A program made the translations under genes and the position numbers. DNA of 64,000 bases. Source: an uncultured Candidatus Saccharibacteria bacterium. GTDB taxonomy: Bacteria; Patescibacteriota; Minisyncoccia; Minisyncoccales; GBS-2. Shown here piece after piece: positions 8,612 through 18,741 of the stretch (its first letter is position 1; each line of letters begins with the position of its first letter). The stretch lies in assembly GCA_964593405.1 (NCBI GenBank), contig CAZQIO010000001.1:2263-66262 (forward strand). The letters are read 5' to 3'. Under the pieces are notes generated by a model that searched no databases, was not told where the DNA came from, and worked only from the letters and a program-made list of their open reading frames with translations.

Positions 8612-9370
8612 ATGATTGATATTCATTGTCATCTCGAATTTATTGAAAACCCAATTGAGGTCATTGAGACGTCAAAAGGAAAAATGAAGGCAATTTTAAC
8701 TAGTGTTGCCGACCCAAAGAATGCCAGGGCTGTTTTTGATTTGGAGAAAAAATATCCAAATTTTCTTTTTGTCACTTTAGGTTTTCATCCAGAGTACCTT
8801 TTAAATTATCAAGATGATGAGATCGAAAAATACATTGAATTTATCAAAAATTCAAAAGAAAAAATCTGTGCCATTGGCGAAGTTGGGATGGATTTTTCAA
8901 AAGAATGTGAAGAAATTGACAAAATGAGAATGAGAAAAGTTTTTGTGAGGTTTATTAATTTAGCAAAAGAGTTGAATTTACCATTGGTAATTCATGCTAG
9001 GGATGCTTTCAAGGAAGTTTTGGAAATTCTAAAAGAGTTAAAAGCTCAAAGAGTTTGCCTTCATTGTTTTTCTGGATCTGAAGGGATTTTAAAAGAAGCT
9101 TTGAGAATGGGTTATTTTATTTCTTTTGCCACCAACGTTTGCTACACAAAAAAACATCCAAGATTGGCTGAAAAAACTCCAATAGAAAGAATGCTTTTGG
9201 AAACAGACTCTCCTTGGCTTGACCCTGAAAATCCAAAATCACTAACTAACAGACCCTGGAAGATTTTTTATTCAGCAAAAGTAATTTCAGAAATTAAAAA
9301 AATTCCTCCTGAAAAAGTTTTGGAAATTACGACTAAAAACGCGATTGAATTTTTCAATTTAAAATTTTAA
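8612..9370 (+). CDS. tatD: TatD-family metal-dependent hydrolase/DNase
   Basis: MIDIHCHLEF N-terminus, a VIHARDA-type motif, and C-terminal LLETDSPWL. Confidence 0.8.
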   Translation: MIDIHCHLEFIENPIEVIETSKGKMKAILTSVADPKNARAVFDLEKKYPNFLFVTLGFHPEYLLNYQDDEIEKYIEFIKNSKEKICAIGEVGMDFSKECEEIDKMRMRKVFVRFINLAKELNLPLVIHARDAFKEVLEILKELKAQRVCLHCFSGSEGILKEALRMGYFISFATNVCYTKKHPRLAEKTPIERMLLETDSPWLDPENPKSLTNRPWKIFYSAKVISEIKKIPPEKVLEITTKNAIEFFNLKF

Positions 9371-9379
9371 ATTAATTCT

Positions 9380-11854
9380 ATGAGCTACAGCCATTTAAAA
9401 ATTGAGAAAAAGTGGCAAAAAATCTGGAAAGAGAAAGAAATTTATAAAGCAAAAGATTTTTCAAAAAAGAAAAAATTTTACTGCCTTGATATGTTTCCCT
9501 ATCCTTCCGGAGCTGGCCTTCACGTTGGCCATTTAAGAGGATACATTGCAACGGATGTTATAGTCAGAATGAAAATGATGCAAGGTTTTAATTGTTTACA
9601 TCCAATGGGTTGGGATGCTTTTGGCCTTCCTGCTGAAAACTATGCCATAGCCCACAAAATCCATCCTGAAATTGCAGTAAGGCAAAATATTAAAAATTTC
9701 AAAAAGCAACTTGAAAAAGTGGGCTTTAGTTACGATTGGTCAAGAGAAATTAACACCACAGATCCAAATTACTACAAATGGACACAATGGATATTTTTGC
9801 AACTTTTCAAAAAAGGATTAGTTTATGAATCTTTTGAGCCGATAAACTGGTGTCCTTCTTGCAAAACAGGTTTGGCAAACGAAGATTTAGAACAAGGAAA
9901 ATGCGAAAGATGCGGGTCTAAAGTGGAGAAAAAATCACTAAGACAATGGATAATTAAAATCACAAAATATGCTGAGAGACTTTTGAGAGATCTTAAATAC
10001 TTAGAAAAAGGCTGGCCAGAGCACATAATAAAAATGCAAAAAGATTGGATTGGGAAATCAGAAGGGGTTGAGTTTGAAATGAAAATTTTTGCAGAAGGTG
10101 TGGATACTGGGAAAAGGTTGAAGATTTTTACCACTAGAATCGATACTGTCTTTGGAATGACCTATTGCGTTTTAGCTCCAGAAAATAAACTTTTAGATGA
10201 ATTAAAAGAAAAAATTAAAAATTGGAAAGAGGTTGAAAAATACAAAAGAGAAGTTGAAGCAAAATTGGCAGAAGAGAGAGAAAAGGAAAAAACTGGAATA
10301 AGGTTAGAAGGAATTTTGGCTGAAAATCCTTTCAACGAAGAAAAAATTCCAATTTTTGTTTCAGAGTACGTTTTGGCAGATTACGCCACTGGAGCGATAA
10401 TGGCTGTTCCAGCTCATGACAAAAGAGATTTTGACTTTGCAAAAAAGTTTGATTTGCCAATCAGAAAAGTAATTGAAGGGGGACAAAAAGAAGGAGAATG
10501 CTTTGAGGGAGAAGGAATTTTAGTAAATTCTGGCCAATTTTCAGGATTGAAATCTTCTGAGGCAAAAGAAAAAATGGCTCAATGGCTAAAAGAGAGAAAA
10601 ATTGGAAAAAAGGCTATCTATTACAAAATCAGAGATTGGGTTTTTGCTAGACAAAGATACTGGGGAGAACCTTTTCCTTTGGTTTTTTGTGAAGAGTGCA
10701 AAAGAAAAATTTTAGAAAAAAAATACAAAAAAGGAGAATTCAACAAAGGAGAACTATTAAATCCAGGATGGATTTGTGTAACAGAGGAGAATTTGCCAGT
10801 TTTACTTCCAAAAGTTAAATATTATGAACCCACAGGCACAGGAGAGTCTCCTTTGGCAAAAATTGAAAAGTGGGTAAAGACAAAGTGTCCAAAATGTGGC
10901 TCTCCTGCAAAAAGGGAAATAAACACAATGCCCCAGTGGGCGGGTTCTTGCTGGTATTATTTAAGATACATTGATCCAAAAAACCAAAAAGAATTTTGTT
11001 CTCCAAAAAAAGAAAGGTATTGGATGCCTGTTGACCTTTATGTTGGCGGTGCAGAACACGCAACAAGACATTTAATCTATGCCAGGTTTTGGCACAAATT
11101 TTTGTACGACATCAAAAAAGTTTCGACAAGAGAGCCATTTTTGAGATTGAGATCAGTAGGAATCATTTTGGGACCTGATGGAAGGAAAATGTCAAAAAGA
11201 TACGGAAACGTTATTAACCCTGATGATGTTTGTAAAAAATACGGAGCGGATTCTTTAAGAGTTTATGAAATGTTCATGGGTCCTTTTGATCAAATGATTG
11301 CTTGGCAAGAAAAAGGAATCGTTGGGGCAAGGAGGTTTTTGGAGAGAGTATGGAAACTAACTTTAAAGGTTAAAAATTTAAAATCAAAAAACAAAAAACT
11401 GATTAAAATTTTGCACCAAACGATAAAAAAGGTAACAGAAGATATTGAAAACTTCAAATTTAATACGGCAGTCTCTCAGTTAATGATTTTTGCAAACGAA
11501 ATGGAAAAAGAAGAAAAAATCGAAAAAGAAATTTTTGAAAATTTCATTAAGCTTTTGGCCCCATTTGCCCCGCACATTTCAGAAGAAATTTGGCAAAGAT
11601 TAGGAAAAAAGAAATCGATTTTTTTGAGTTCTTGGCCAAAGTACAATCCAAAATTGGCAAAAGAAGAAAAAATCACTTTGATCGTCCAAATTAATGGAAA
11701 AGTAAGAGACAAAATCGAGGTTGAGGCTTCAATTTCAGAAAAAGAGGCCAAAAATTTAGCTCTTTCTCGAGAAAAAGTAAAAAAGTGGATCGGAGGAAAA
11801 GAAATTAAAAAAGTTGTTTTTGTACCAAAAAAATTGATAAACTTTGTGATTTAA
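9380..11854 (+). CDS. leuS: leucyl-tRNA synthetase
   Basis: HVGHLRGY (HIGH), KMSKR (KMSKS), CP1 editing domain, Zn knuckles. Confidence 0.9.
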   Translation: MSYSHLKIEKKWQKIWKEKEIYKAKDFSKKKKFYCLDMFPYPSGAGLHVGHLRGYIATDVIVRMKMMQGFNCLHPMGWDAFGLPAENYAIAHKIHPEIAVRQNIKNFKKQLEKVGFSYDWSREINTTDPNYYKWTQWIFLQLFKKGLVYESFEPINWCPSCKTGLANEDLEQGKCERCGSKVEKKSLRQWIIKITKYAERLLRDLKYLEKGWPEHIIKMQKDWIGKSEGVEFEMKIFAEGVDTGKRLKIFTTRIDTVFGMTYCVLAPENKLLDELKEKIKNWKEVEKYKREVEAKLAEEREKEKTGIRLEGILAENPFNEEKIPIFVSEYVLADYATGAIMAVPAHDKRDFDFAKKFDLPIRKVIEGGQKEGECFEGEGILVNSGQFSGLKSSEAKEKMAQWLKERKIGKKAIYYKIRDWVFARQRYWGEPFPLVFCEECKRKILEKKYKKGEFNKGELLNPGWICVTEENLPVLLPKVKYYEPTGTGESPLAKIEKWVKTKCPKCGSPAKREINTMPQWAGSCWYYLRYIDPKNQKEFCSPKKERYWMPVDLYVGGAEHATRHLIYARFWHKFLYDIKKVSTREPFLRLRSVGIILGPDGRKMSKRYGNVINPDDVCKKYGADSLRVYEMFMGPFDQMIAWQEKGIVGARRFLERVWKLTLKVKNLKSKNKKLIKILHQTIKKVTEDIENFKFNTAVSQLMIFANEMEKEEKIEKEIFENFIKLLAPFAPHISEEIWQRLGKKKSIFLSSWPKYNPKLAKEEKITLIVQINGKVRDKIEVEASISEKEAKNLALSREKVKKWIGGKEIKKVVFVPKKLINFVI

Positions 11855-11856
11855 AA

Positions 11857-13671
11857 ATGTGTGGCATCGTTGGATACATTGGAGAAAAATCTGCTTTTCC
11901 AATTTTACTCACAGGTTTGAAAAGACTAGAATACCGAGGTTATGACTCTTTTGGTTTTGCAGTTTTGGGGAAAGATGTTTTTTTGTTTAAAAAGCCGGGA
12001 AAAATTTCAGATTTTGAACCAGAATTTTCTTATCCTGATGGGAAAGTAGGCATTGCTCACACAAGATGGGCAACCCACGGAGAGGTCACAGAAGCTAACG
12101 CCCACCCTCATTTTGATTGCAAAAAAGAAATTTTTTTGGTTCACAACGGAATAATTGAAAACTATAGAGAATTGAAAGAAAGATTGATCAAAGAAGGGCA
12201 CAAATTCTCAAGCGAAACCGACACTGAAGTTTTGTGCCATTTAATTGAAAAATATTTCAAAAAAAATTTGGAAGAGGCCGTTCAAAAAGCACTCTCTGAA
12301 GTTAGAGGAACTTATGGAATTGCAGTAATTTCGAAAAAAGATCCAGAAAAAATTGTTTGTGCCAGATTATCTTCTCCTCTTTTGATCGGAATTGGAAATG
12401 GAGAATACATTTTGGCTTCTGACCCAACTGCCATTTTGGCTTTCACAAAAAAAGTAGTTTCTCTGGATGATTTTGAAATTGGGGTAATAAAAAAAGATGG
12501 TTTTTCAATAATTAAGGGAAATAGCCTCCAAACAAAGAAAATATGGGAGATTGAATGGAGTTTGGAAGAGGCTCAAAAAGGAGGCTATCCCCATTTCATG
12601 CTCAAGGAAATAATGGAAGAACCTGAGGCAATAGAAAATGCAATCTTGGGAAGGTTGGTTGAAAAAGAGGGAACGGTAAAATTAGGGGGACTAGAGCAGG
12701 TTTCAGAGAAATTAAAAAAAATTGAGAGGATTTTTTTGATTGCCTGCGGAACTTCTTTCCATGCAGCAAAAATTGGAAAATTGATGCTTGAAGAGTATGC
12801 CCAAATACCGACAGAAGCAGAAATTGCCTCTGAGTTTCGCTACAGACAAGTTTCCATCAATGAAAAAGATTGCGCAATTTTCATTTCTCAATCCGGAGAG
12901 ACTGCCGACACCCTAGCCTGTCTGAGGGAAATGAAAAGAAAGGGAATTTTGTGCCTTGGGATTACAAACGTCGTTGGTTCTTCCCAGGCAAGAGAAACTG
13001 ATGCTGGAGTTTACACAAGATCGGGTCCTGAAATTTCGGTAGCTTCGACAAAAGCATTCTTGGGGCAACTTTCTGTTTTAGCGCTAATTACTGTTTTTTT
13101 GGGAAGACAAAGAAAAATGAGCTATGTTATGGGAAAGAGAATAGTTGAGGAATTAAAAAAACTTCCAGCTTTGGCAAAAAAAGTTTTAAATTTGGCTCCA
13201 GAAATTGAAAATTTGGCAAAAAAATACAAAAGTTTTAAAAACTTTTTTTTCGTTGGCAGAAAATACAATTTCCCAGTGGCTCTAGAAGGGGCTCTAAAGT
13301 TAAAAGAGATCTCTTATTTGCACGCAGAAGGAATAGCTGGAGGAGAACTAAAACACGGGCCTCTAGCCTTAATCGATGAAAATACTCCAACCATCGCTAT
13401 TTGCCCTTCAGATTCAGTCTACGAAAAAATGCTCTCTAACATTCAAGAAATTAAAGCAAGAAAAGGAAAGATAGTTGCCATTGCTACTGAAGGAAACGAA
13501 GAAATAAAAAAAATAGCTGACGATGTAGTGTTTATTCCAAAAACTTTAGAAATGCTCACTCCCTTTCTTTCTGTCATTCCTCTCCATCTTTTTGCCTATT
13601 ATGTGGCAGTACTTTTGGGGAAAAATCCAGACTATCCAAGGTCCCTTGCAAAAAGCGTTACTGTAGAATAA
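11857..13671 (+). CDS. glmS: glutamine--fructose-6-phosphate aminotransferase
   Basis: MCGIVGYIG N-terminal nucleophile Cys, two SIS domains, C-terminal ...KSVTVE. Confidence 0.9.
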   Translation: MCGIVGYIGEKSAFPILLTGLKRLEYRGYDSFGFAVLGKDVFLFKKPGKISDFEPEFSYPDGKVGIAHTRWATHGEVTEANAHPHFDCKKEIFLVHNGIIENYRELKERLIKEGHKFSSETDTEVLCHLIEKYFKKNLEEAVQKALSEVRGTYGIAVISKKDPEKIVCARLSSPLLIGIGNGEYILASDPTAILAFTKKVVSLDDFEIGVIKKDGFSIIKGNSLQTKKIWEIEWSLEEAQKGGYPHFMLKEIMEEPEAIENAILGRLVEKEGTVKLGGLEQVSEKLKKIERIFLIACGTSFHAAKIGKLMLEEYAQIPTEAEIASEFRYRQVSINEKDCAIFISQSGETADTLACLREMKRKGILCLGITNVVGSSQARETDAGVYTRSGPEISVASTKAFLGQLSVLALITVFLGRQRKMSYVMGKRIVEELKKLPALAKKVLNLAPEIENLAKKYKSFKNFFFVGRKYNFPVALEGALKLKEISYLHAEGIAGGELKHGPLALIDENTPTIAICPSDSVYEKMLSNIQEIKARKGKIVAIATEGNEEIKKIADDVVFIPKTLEMLTPFLSVIPLHLFAYYVAVLLGKNPDYPRSLAKSVTVE

Positions 13672-13681
13672 AATTTGAGAA

Positions 13682-15391
13682 ATGGAAAAGATTTTATCTC
13701 AAAAAATTGGAGAAAAAGTAATTTTTTTGGCAAACGAAGCACTCTGTCGAGGAGCCCTTGAAGCTGGGGTTGATTTTGTCTCTACTTATCCTGGCACTCC
13801 AGCTTCTGAAATTGGAAACACTTTTTGGAAAATTAAAGAGGAAGTCAAAAAAATAAATCCAAATTTTCATTTCGAATTTTCGACAAACGAAAAAGTTGCA
13901 ACAGAAGCTGCTGCCGGAGCTGCCCTTTGTGGCGCAAAATCTTTAGTTGCTTTTAAGCATTTTGGATTAAACGTTGCCTCAGACTTTATTTTGACTTTAA
14001 TGCACACTCCTTTGAAAGGGGCAATGGTAATTTTTGTCGCCGACGATCCTTCCTGTTGGAGTTCTGCTCAATCTGAACAAAACACAAGATACTTTGCTAA
14101 AATGGCCCACATTCCTGTTTTGGAACCTTCAACCCCCCAAGAATTCAAGGATTTTGCAAAAATTGCTTTTTTAATTTCTGAAAAATACAAAATCCCAGTA
14201 ATGATTAGGAGCACAACCAGAGCCTCCCATCAATCTGGAATTGTTAAACTGGGAAAATTAGAGGCAAAAACTTTAGAGCAAAAAGTAAAATTTGAAAAAG
14301 ACCCAAGTCAATTTTCGACAATGCCACCAAGAATTTTGGAAATGAAAAAAGAGTTGTTAGAGAAAGTAGAAAAAATTGGAAAAAGAGAGGGCCAAAAAAT
14401 TTGCAAAATTTACAGGGGTCAGACCCCTGCAAAATTTGGCATAATTACTTCGGGAGTTTCTTTTCTTTATGTTCAGGAAGCTCTCTCTAGACTCAATTTG
14501 AAATTGCCGATTTTAAAATTGGGAATGATTTACCCTTTGCCAAAAGAAAAAATTTCAAAATTTATCAAAAATTTAAAATCTGTTTTGATAGTCGAAGAAT
14601 TGGAACCTTATTTAGAAGAAGAAATTGAAATTTTGGCAAGAAAAGAAAATCCAAAATTAAAAATTTGTGGAAAAAAAGAAGGGCCGATTGAAGGAGGGAG
14701 AATTTGGAAAGAAAGAAAGGCAATTTTACCTCAAGTTGGAGAACTAAAACCAGAGTATGTAGAAATTGCAATTTCAAAAGTTATTGGAAAAAAACCTTCT
14801 TTTGATTATTCAAAACACCTCAAAAAATTCGAAAAAATTCAAGTTCCGCCAAGGCCTCCGATTTTGTGTCCGGGGTGCCCTTATTGGTGGGTGGTTAATG
14901 CGATTAAAAAATCTGTTGACAAAAAAAGCATAATTTTTGGTGGAGAAATTGGTTGCTACATGCTCTTTTCTCACGAGGCAATTTCCCTGCAAGATTATCT
15001 TTATTGCATGGGATCTTCTGCAGGTGTTGCTCATGGAATCTCAAAGGCGACAAACCAAAAAGTAATTTGCTTTATTGGAGATTCTTCTTTTTTCCACGCT
15101 TCGATTCCTGCTCTAATAAACACAGTTTTTAACAAATCAAATCCTTTGATTATCATTTTAGAAAACCAAACAACAGCAATGACCGGTCACCAGCCCCATC
15201 CGGGAAATGTTGGAATAAAAATCGAAGAAATAGTTTCTGCCTGCGGGGTTAAAAACTTGAAAGTAATAGATCAGGTCGAAAATCAAAAAGAATTTGAAGA
15301 GACAATAAAGGAATTTTTGCAAAAAAATGAAGTTTCAGTAATCATTGCCAGACACACTTGTAAACTTTTAGAAAAAAAGAAAAAACAATGA
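13682..15391 (+). CDS. iorA: indolepyruvate/2-oxoacid:ferredoxin oxidoreductase alpha subunit-like (TPP enzyme)
   Basis: FLANEALCRGALEAGVDFVSTYPGTPASEI N-terminus and a TPP-binding region (GDSSFFHAS...). Paired with the downstream beta-like subunit. Confidence 0.6.
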   Translation: MEKILSQKIGEKVIFLANEALCRGALEAGVDFVSTYPGTPASEIGNTFWKIKEEVKKINPNFHFEFSTNEKVATEAAAGAALCGAKSLVAFKHFGLNVASDFILTLMHTPLKGAMVIFVADDPSCWSSAQSEQNTRYFAKMAHIPVLEPSTPQEFKDFAKIAFLISEKYKIPVMIRSTTRASHQSGIVKLGKLEAKTLEQKVKFEKDPSQFSTMPPRILEMKKELLEKVEKIGKREGQKICKIYRGQTPAKFGIITSGVSFLYVQEALSRLNLKLPILKLGMIYPLPKEKISKFIKNLKSVLIVEELEPYLEEEIEILARKENPKLKICGKKEGPIEGGRIWKERKAILPQVGELKPEYVEIAISKVIGKKPSFDYSKHLKKFEKIQVPPRPPILCPGCPYWWVVNAIKKSVDKKSIIFGGEIGCYMLFSHEAISLQDYLYCMGSSAGVAHGISKATNQKVICFIGDSSFFHASIPALINTVFNKSNPLIIILENQTTAMTGHQPHPGNVGIKIEEIVSACGVKNLKVIDQVENQKEFEETIKEFLQKNEVSVIIARHTCKLLEKKKKQ

Positions 15392-15963
15392 AAAAAGAAA
15401 ATTTCAACATTGTCATTGTTGGTGTTGGAGGCCAGGGGCAACTGACTCTTTTGCAACTTTTGGCAGCGGCAGCTTTGGCCGAGAAAAAGAATGTCAAAAC
15501 CTCAGAATTGCATGGGTTATCCCAGAGAGGAGGATCTGTCGAGGTTCACATTAGATTTGGCAATGTTTTTTCACCTTTGGTTTCTCAAGGTCAGGCTGAT
15601 TTAATTTTGGCTTTAGAACTCCAAGAGGCATTGAGAGCGCTTTATTATTGCTCTTCAGAGACCAAAATTTTATTAAACGATTTAATTTTGCCAATTCCAG
15701 GGAAAGAACCTTTAAAAAGAGAAGAAATTTTAAATCAAATTAGAAAATTCACAAAAAATTTTGAAATTGTCAAAGCATCGGAAATTTGTAAAGAAAAATT
15801 GGGAAATGAAATTTTGGCTGGAGTTTTTTTACTCAGTTTTTCTATCCACAAAAAAATAATTCCGCTAAAACCCCAATCCCTTTTGATGGCCATCAAAAAA
15901 ATAATCTCCGAGAAATATTTGGAAACAAACCTTAAAGTTTTTGAACTATCAAAAGAATTTTAA
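15388..15963 (+). CDS. iorB: indolepyruvate oxidoreductase beta / PFOR gamma-like subunit
   Basis: IVIVGVGGQGQLTLLQLLAAAAL...SQRGGSV motif. Overlaps iorA by 4 nt. Confidence 0.6.
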   Translation: MKKENFNIVIVGVGGQGQLTLLQLLAAAALAEKKNVKTSELHGLSQRGGSVEVHIRFGNVFSPLVSQGQADLILALELQEALRALYYCSSETKILLNDLILPIPGKEPLKREEILNQIRKFTKNFEIVKASEICKEKLGNEILAGVFLLSFSIHKKIIPLKPQSLLMAIKKIISEKYLETNLKVFELSKEF

Positions 15964-17219
15964 ATTCTCTCAATTTTTGCCCCCAATTTTCTCAATTTTT
16001 GATCAAAATTTTCATAACCTCGGTCGATTTGCTCTACTCCTTCAACAATAGATTGTCCCTTTGCGCAAAGGGCTGCCAAAACCAGGGCCGCTCCCGACCT
16101 AATATCTGTCGAATTTAATTTTGTCCCAATCAACTTTTTCTTTCCAAAAATTAAAGCCCTGTGGGGATCGGTAATTTCAATGTCAGCACCCATTTTTCTT
16201 AATTCGTGCAAATGTTGAAACCTGTTTTCGTAAAGGGGCTCATGGATCAAAGATTTCCCTTCAGCTTGAGTGAGTAAAGTTGCGGTTTGAGGTTGCAAAT
16301 CGGTTGGAAAGCCAGGATAGGGCAGAACTTGAACCTTGGTTCCTCTCAAATTTTTCGATTTTTTAACCAAAATTTCATCTTTTTTAACTTTAAAGTTTAC
16401 CCCAATTTCCTCCATTTTTTTCAAAAAGGCAGTTAAATGTTCCGGATTAACTTTCTTTATTTTTCCTTCTCCTCCAGTGATGGCAAAAGCAATGAAAAAA
16501 GTAGCAGCCTCGTTGAGGTCTGGGCAGATTTTAAATTCAATCCCTTTTAATTTTTCCCTTCCCTCAATTTCTATTGTGTGAGTTCCAATTCCAGAAATTT
16601 TCACCCCCATTTTCTCTAAAAATTTCCCAAGATCTTGAACTTGAGGTTCAGCAGCTGCCAATTCAATTTTTGTTTTTCCTTTTGCTAAACTAGCTAACAT
16701 CATCGTATTTTCAGTCGCAGTTACCGAAAATTCTTTCAAAACAATTTTTTTGCCTTCAATCTTTTTTGGTGCCTCAAAAAAATAAAAGCCTCCTTTTTCA
16801 AAAATTTTTATTCCAAAATCCTCAAAAGCCTCCAAATGGGTAGTGATAGGCCTCAGACCAATTTTGTCACCCCCTGGATGAGGAACTTTTATTTTTTTAA
16901 ACCTTGTCAAAAGAGGTCCAATGAGTAAAACAGAGATTCTCATTTTTTCAAAAAGGTCAACCGGAATTTTCTCCGGATCAATATCCTTTGTTTCAATCTT
17001 TATTTTTTTCTTTCCAACCCATTCAATTTTTGCTCCGATCGATTTTAATATCTCAATTTGATTTAAAACATCACTGCAAAGGGGTAGATTATCAATCACT
17101 GATTCTTCCTCTGTCAAAAGACAAGCTGCCAAAATTGCTCCGGCTGAATTTTTATATCCAGAAATTTCAACCTCTCCAAAAAGAGGAGTTCCTCCTTTGA
17201 CTAAGAATTTTGCTGGCAT
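15960..17219 (-). CDS. murA: UDP-N-acetylglucosamine 1-carboxyvinyltransferase
   Basis: MPAKFLVKGGTPLFGEVEISGYKNSA, the catalytic Cys region, and a full-length EPT fold. Confidence 0.9.
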   Translation of the reverse strand: MPAKFLVKGGTPLFGEVEISGYKNSAGAILAACLLTEEESVIDNLPLCSDVLNQIEILKSIGAKIEWVGKKKIKIETKDIDPEKIPVDLFEKMRISVLLIGPLLTRFKKIKVPHPGGDKIGLRPITTHLEAFEDFGIKIFEKGGFYFFEAPKKIEGKKIVLKEFSVTATENTMMLASLAKGKTKIELAAAEPQVQDLGKFLEKMGVKISGIGTHTIEIEGREKLKGIEFKICPDLNEAATFFIAFAITGGEGKIKKVNPEHLTAFLKKMEEIGVNFKVKKDEILVKKSKNLRGTKVQVLPYPGFPTDLQPQTATLLTQAEGKSLIHEPLYENRFQHLHELRKMGADIEITDPHRALIFGKKKLIGTKLNSTDIRSGAALVLAALCAKGQSIVEGVEQIDRGYENFDQKLRKLGAKIERI

Positions 17220-17274
17220 ATTTCTTTTTAATTCAAATTTTAACTTTTTTCAAACTCTGATAAAATAAAAATGG

Positions 17275-17358
17275 GCCGAGGTGGCGGAATTGGGAGACGC
17301 GCAGGGCTTAGGACCCTGTGGGAGAAATCCCGTGTGGGTTCAAATCCCACCCTCGGCA
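17275..17358 (+). tRNA. tRNA-Leu(UAG)
   Basis: Acceptor GCCGAGG/CCTCGGC, anticodon stem CAGGG/CCCTG with loop CTTAGGA, a long variable arm, T arm GTGGG-TTCAAAT-CCCAC, discriminator A. Confidence 0.8.
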
Positions 17359-17379
17359 AAAAATTAGTGATTTAGCAAT

Positions 17380-18741
17380 ATGGAAATAAATCCTCTTATA
17401 TTTAGGGCATACGATGTTAGAGGAATTTATGGGGAGGATTTAACGGAGGATGTTTTCCAAAAAATTGGTTTTGTTTTGGGAAAGAAAAAAGAGAAATTTT
17501 TAGTCGGCCAAGACATTAGAAAATCTGGTAAAAGATTAGCAATGGCCTTAATTTCAGGTTTGAACTCTGCTGGCGCAAGGAAAGTTTTTTTCTGTGGCAA
17601 ATCCTCTTTTGGGCTTTGTTTTTTTTCAGGTTCAAGCTTGAAAGTTGACAAAACTCTTTATGTTAGCGCTTCTCATTTACCACCAGAATGGAATGGTTTA
17701 AAAATCAATTTTGGGAACGGACTGCCAATTTCTTCTAAAGAAATTGAAAAAATCAGGAATGAGGTTTTAAAAATCGAAAAGAAAAAAATTAATTTTAAAA
17801 AGCCAAAATTTGAAAAAGTAAACCTAAAAAAAGATTATATCAAAACTCTAATTGAAAAATTTCCTTTACTCAAAAATTGTGGTTTAAAAATTGTCTTAGA
17901 TTGTGGCAATGGTTCTACTTCTTTGGTCGCTCCTCAAATTTTTAAAAAATTTGGTTTCAATGTCGTAGAGCTTTTTTGCGATCCTGATCCCAATTTTCCC
18001 AACCGCCCATCAGAGCCGACTTTTGAGGCAACCGAAAAATTAAGAAAAATGGTTTTAAAAGAAAAAGCAGATTTTGGAGTGGCCTTTGATGGAGACGGAG
18101 ATAGAGGAGTGATAATCGATGATAAAGGGAGGTATTTAAGAGGGGAGCAAGTTGGAATTTTGTTGGCAAAAGAGATGTTAAAAGAAAAGCAAAGAAAAAA
18201 GATAGTTAAAACAGTCGCCTGTTCGATGGCCATTGAAGAAGAACTAAGGCCGTTGGGCGCAAAGATAATTGAGGTTCCAGTAGGCCACACTTTTGTAGTT
18301 TCTAGAGCAAATAAAGAAGGGGCCTTAATCGGAATTGAAGAATCAAGTCACATTGTCATGCCAGACTATTTTGTTTTTGATGATGCAATCTTAATCCCTT
18401 TGAAAGTTGCTGAGATTTTAATCAAAAGTAGAAAAAAACTTTCAAAACTTGTTGATGAAATTAAAAATTATCCTTTCAAAGAAATTACTTTTGAATGCCC
18501 AGATGAAAAAAAATTTAAAGTAGTCGAAAAATTGAGTTTCGATTTTAAAAGAAAATACAAAGAGGTTAATACTTTAGATGGAGTTAAAATTAGCCTTGAC
18601 TTTGGTTGGGTTTTAATTCGGGCCTCAAACACTTCTCCAAAAATTCGACTTTACGTTGAGGCAAAAAATGAAAAAAAATTTGAAAACTTGAGAGAAAAAT
18701 TTTCAAAAATTCTAAAACAATGTATCAAACAGTCATTTTAG
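17380..18741 (+). CDS. phosphoglucosamine/phosphomannomutase (alpha-D-phosphohexomutase, archaeal-type GlmM-like)
   Basis: FRAYDVRGIYGEDL N-terminus, active-site SASHLP, metal-binding DGDGDR loop. Confidence 0.75.
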   Translation: MEINPLIFRAYDVRGIYGEDLTEDVFQKIGFVLGKKKEKFLVGQDIRKSGKRLAMALISGLNSAGARKVFFCGKSSFGLCFFSGSSLKVDKTLYVSASHLPPEWNGLKINFGNGLPISSKEIEKIRNEVLKIEKKKINFKKPKFEKVNLKKDYIKTLIEKFPLLKNCGLKIVLDCGNGSTSLVAPQIFKKFGFNVVELFCDPDPNFPNRPSEPTFEATEKLRKMVLKEKADFGVAFDGDGDRGVIIDDKGRYLRGEQVGILLAKEMLKEKQRKKIVKTVACSMAIEEELRPLGAKIIEVPVGHTFVVSRANKEGALIGIEESSHIVMPDYFVFDDAILIPLKVAEILIKSRKKLSKLVDEIKNYPFKEITFECPDEKKFKVVEKLSFDFKRKYKEVNTLDGVKISLDFGWVLIRASNTSPKIRLYVEAKNEKKFENLREKFSKILKQCIKQSF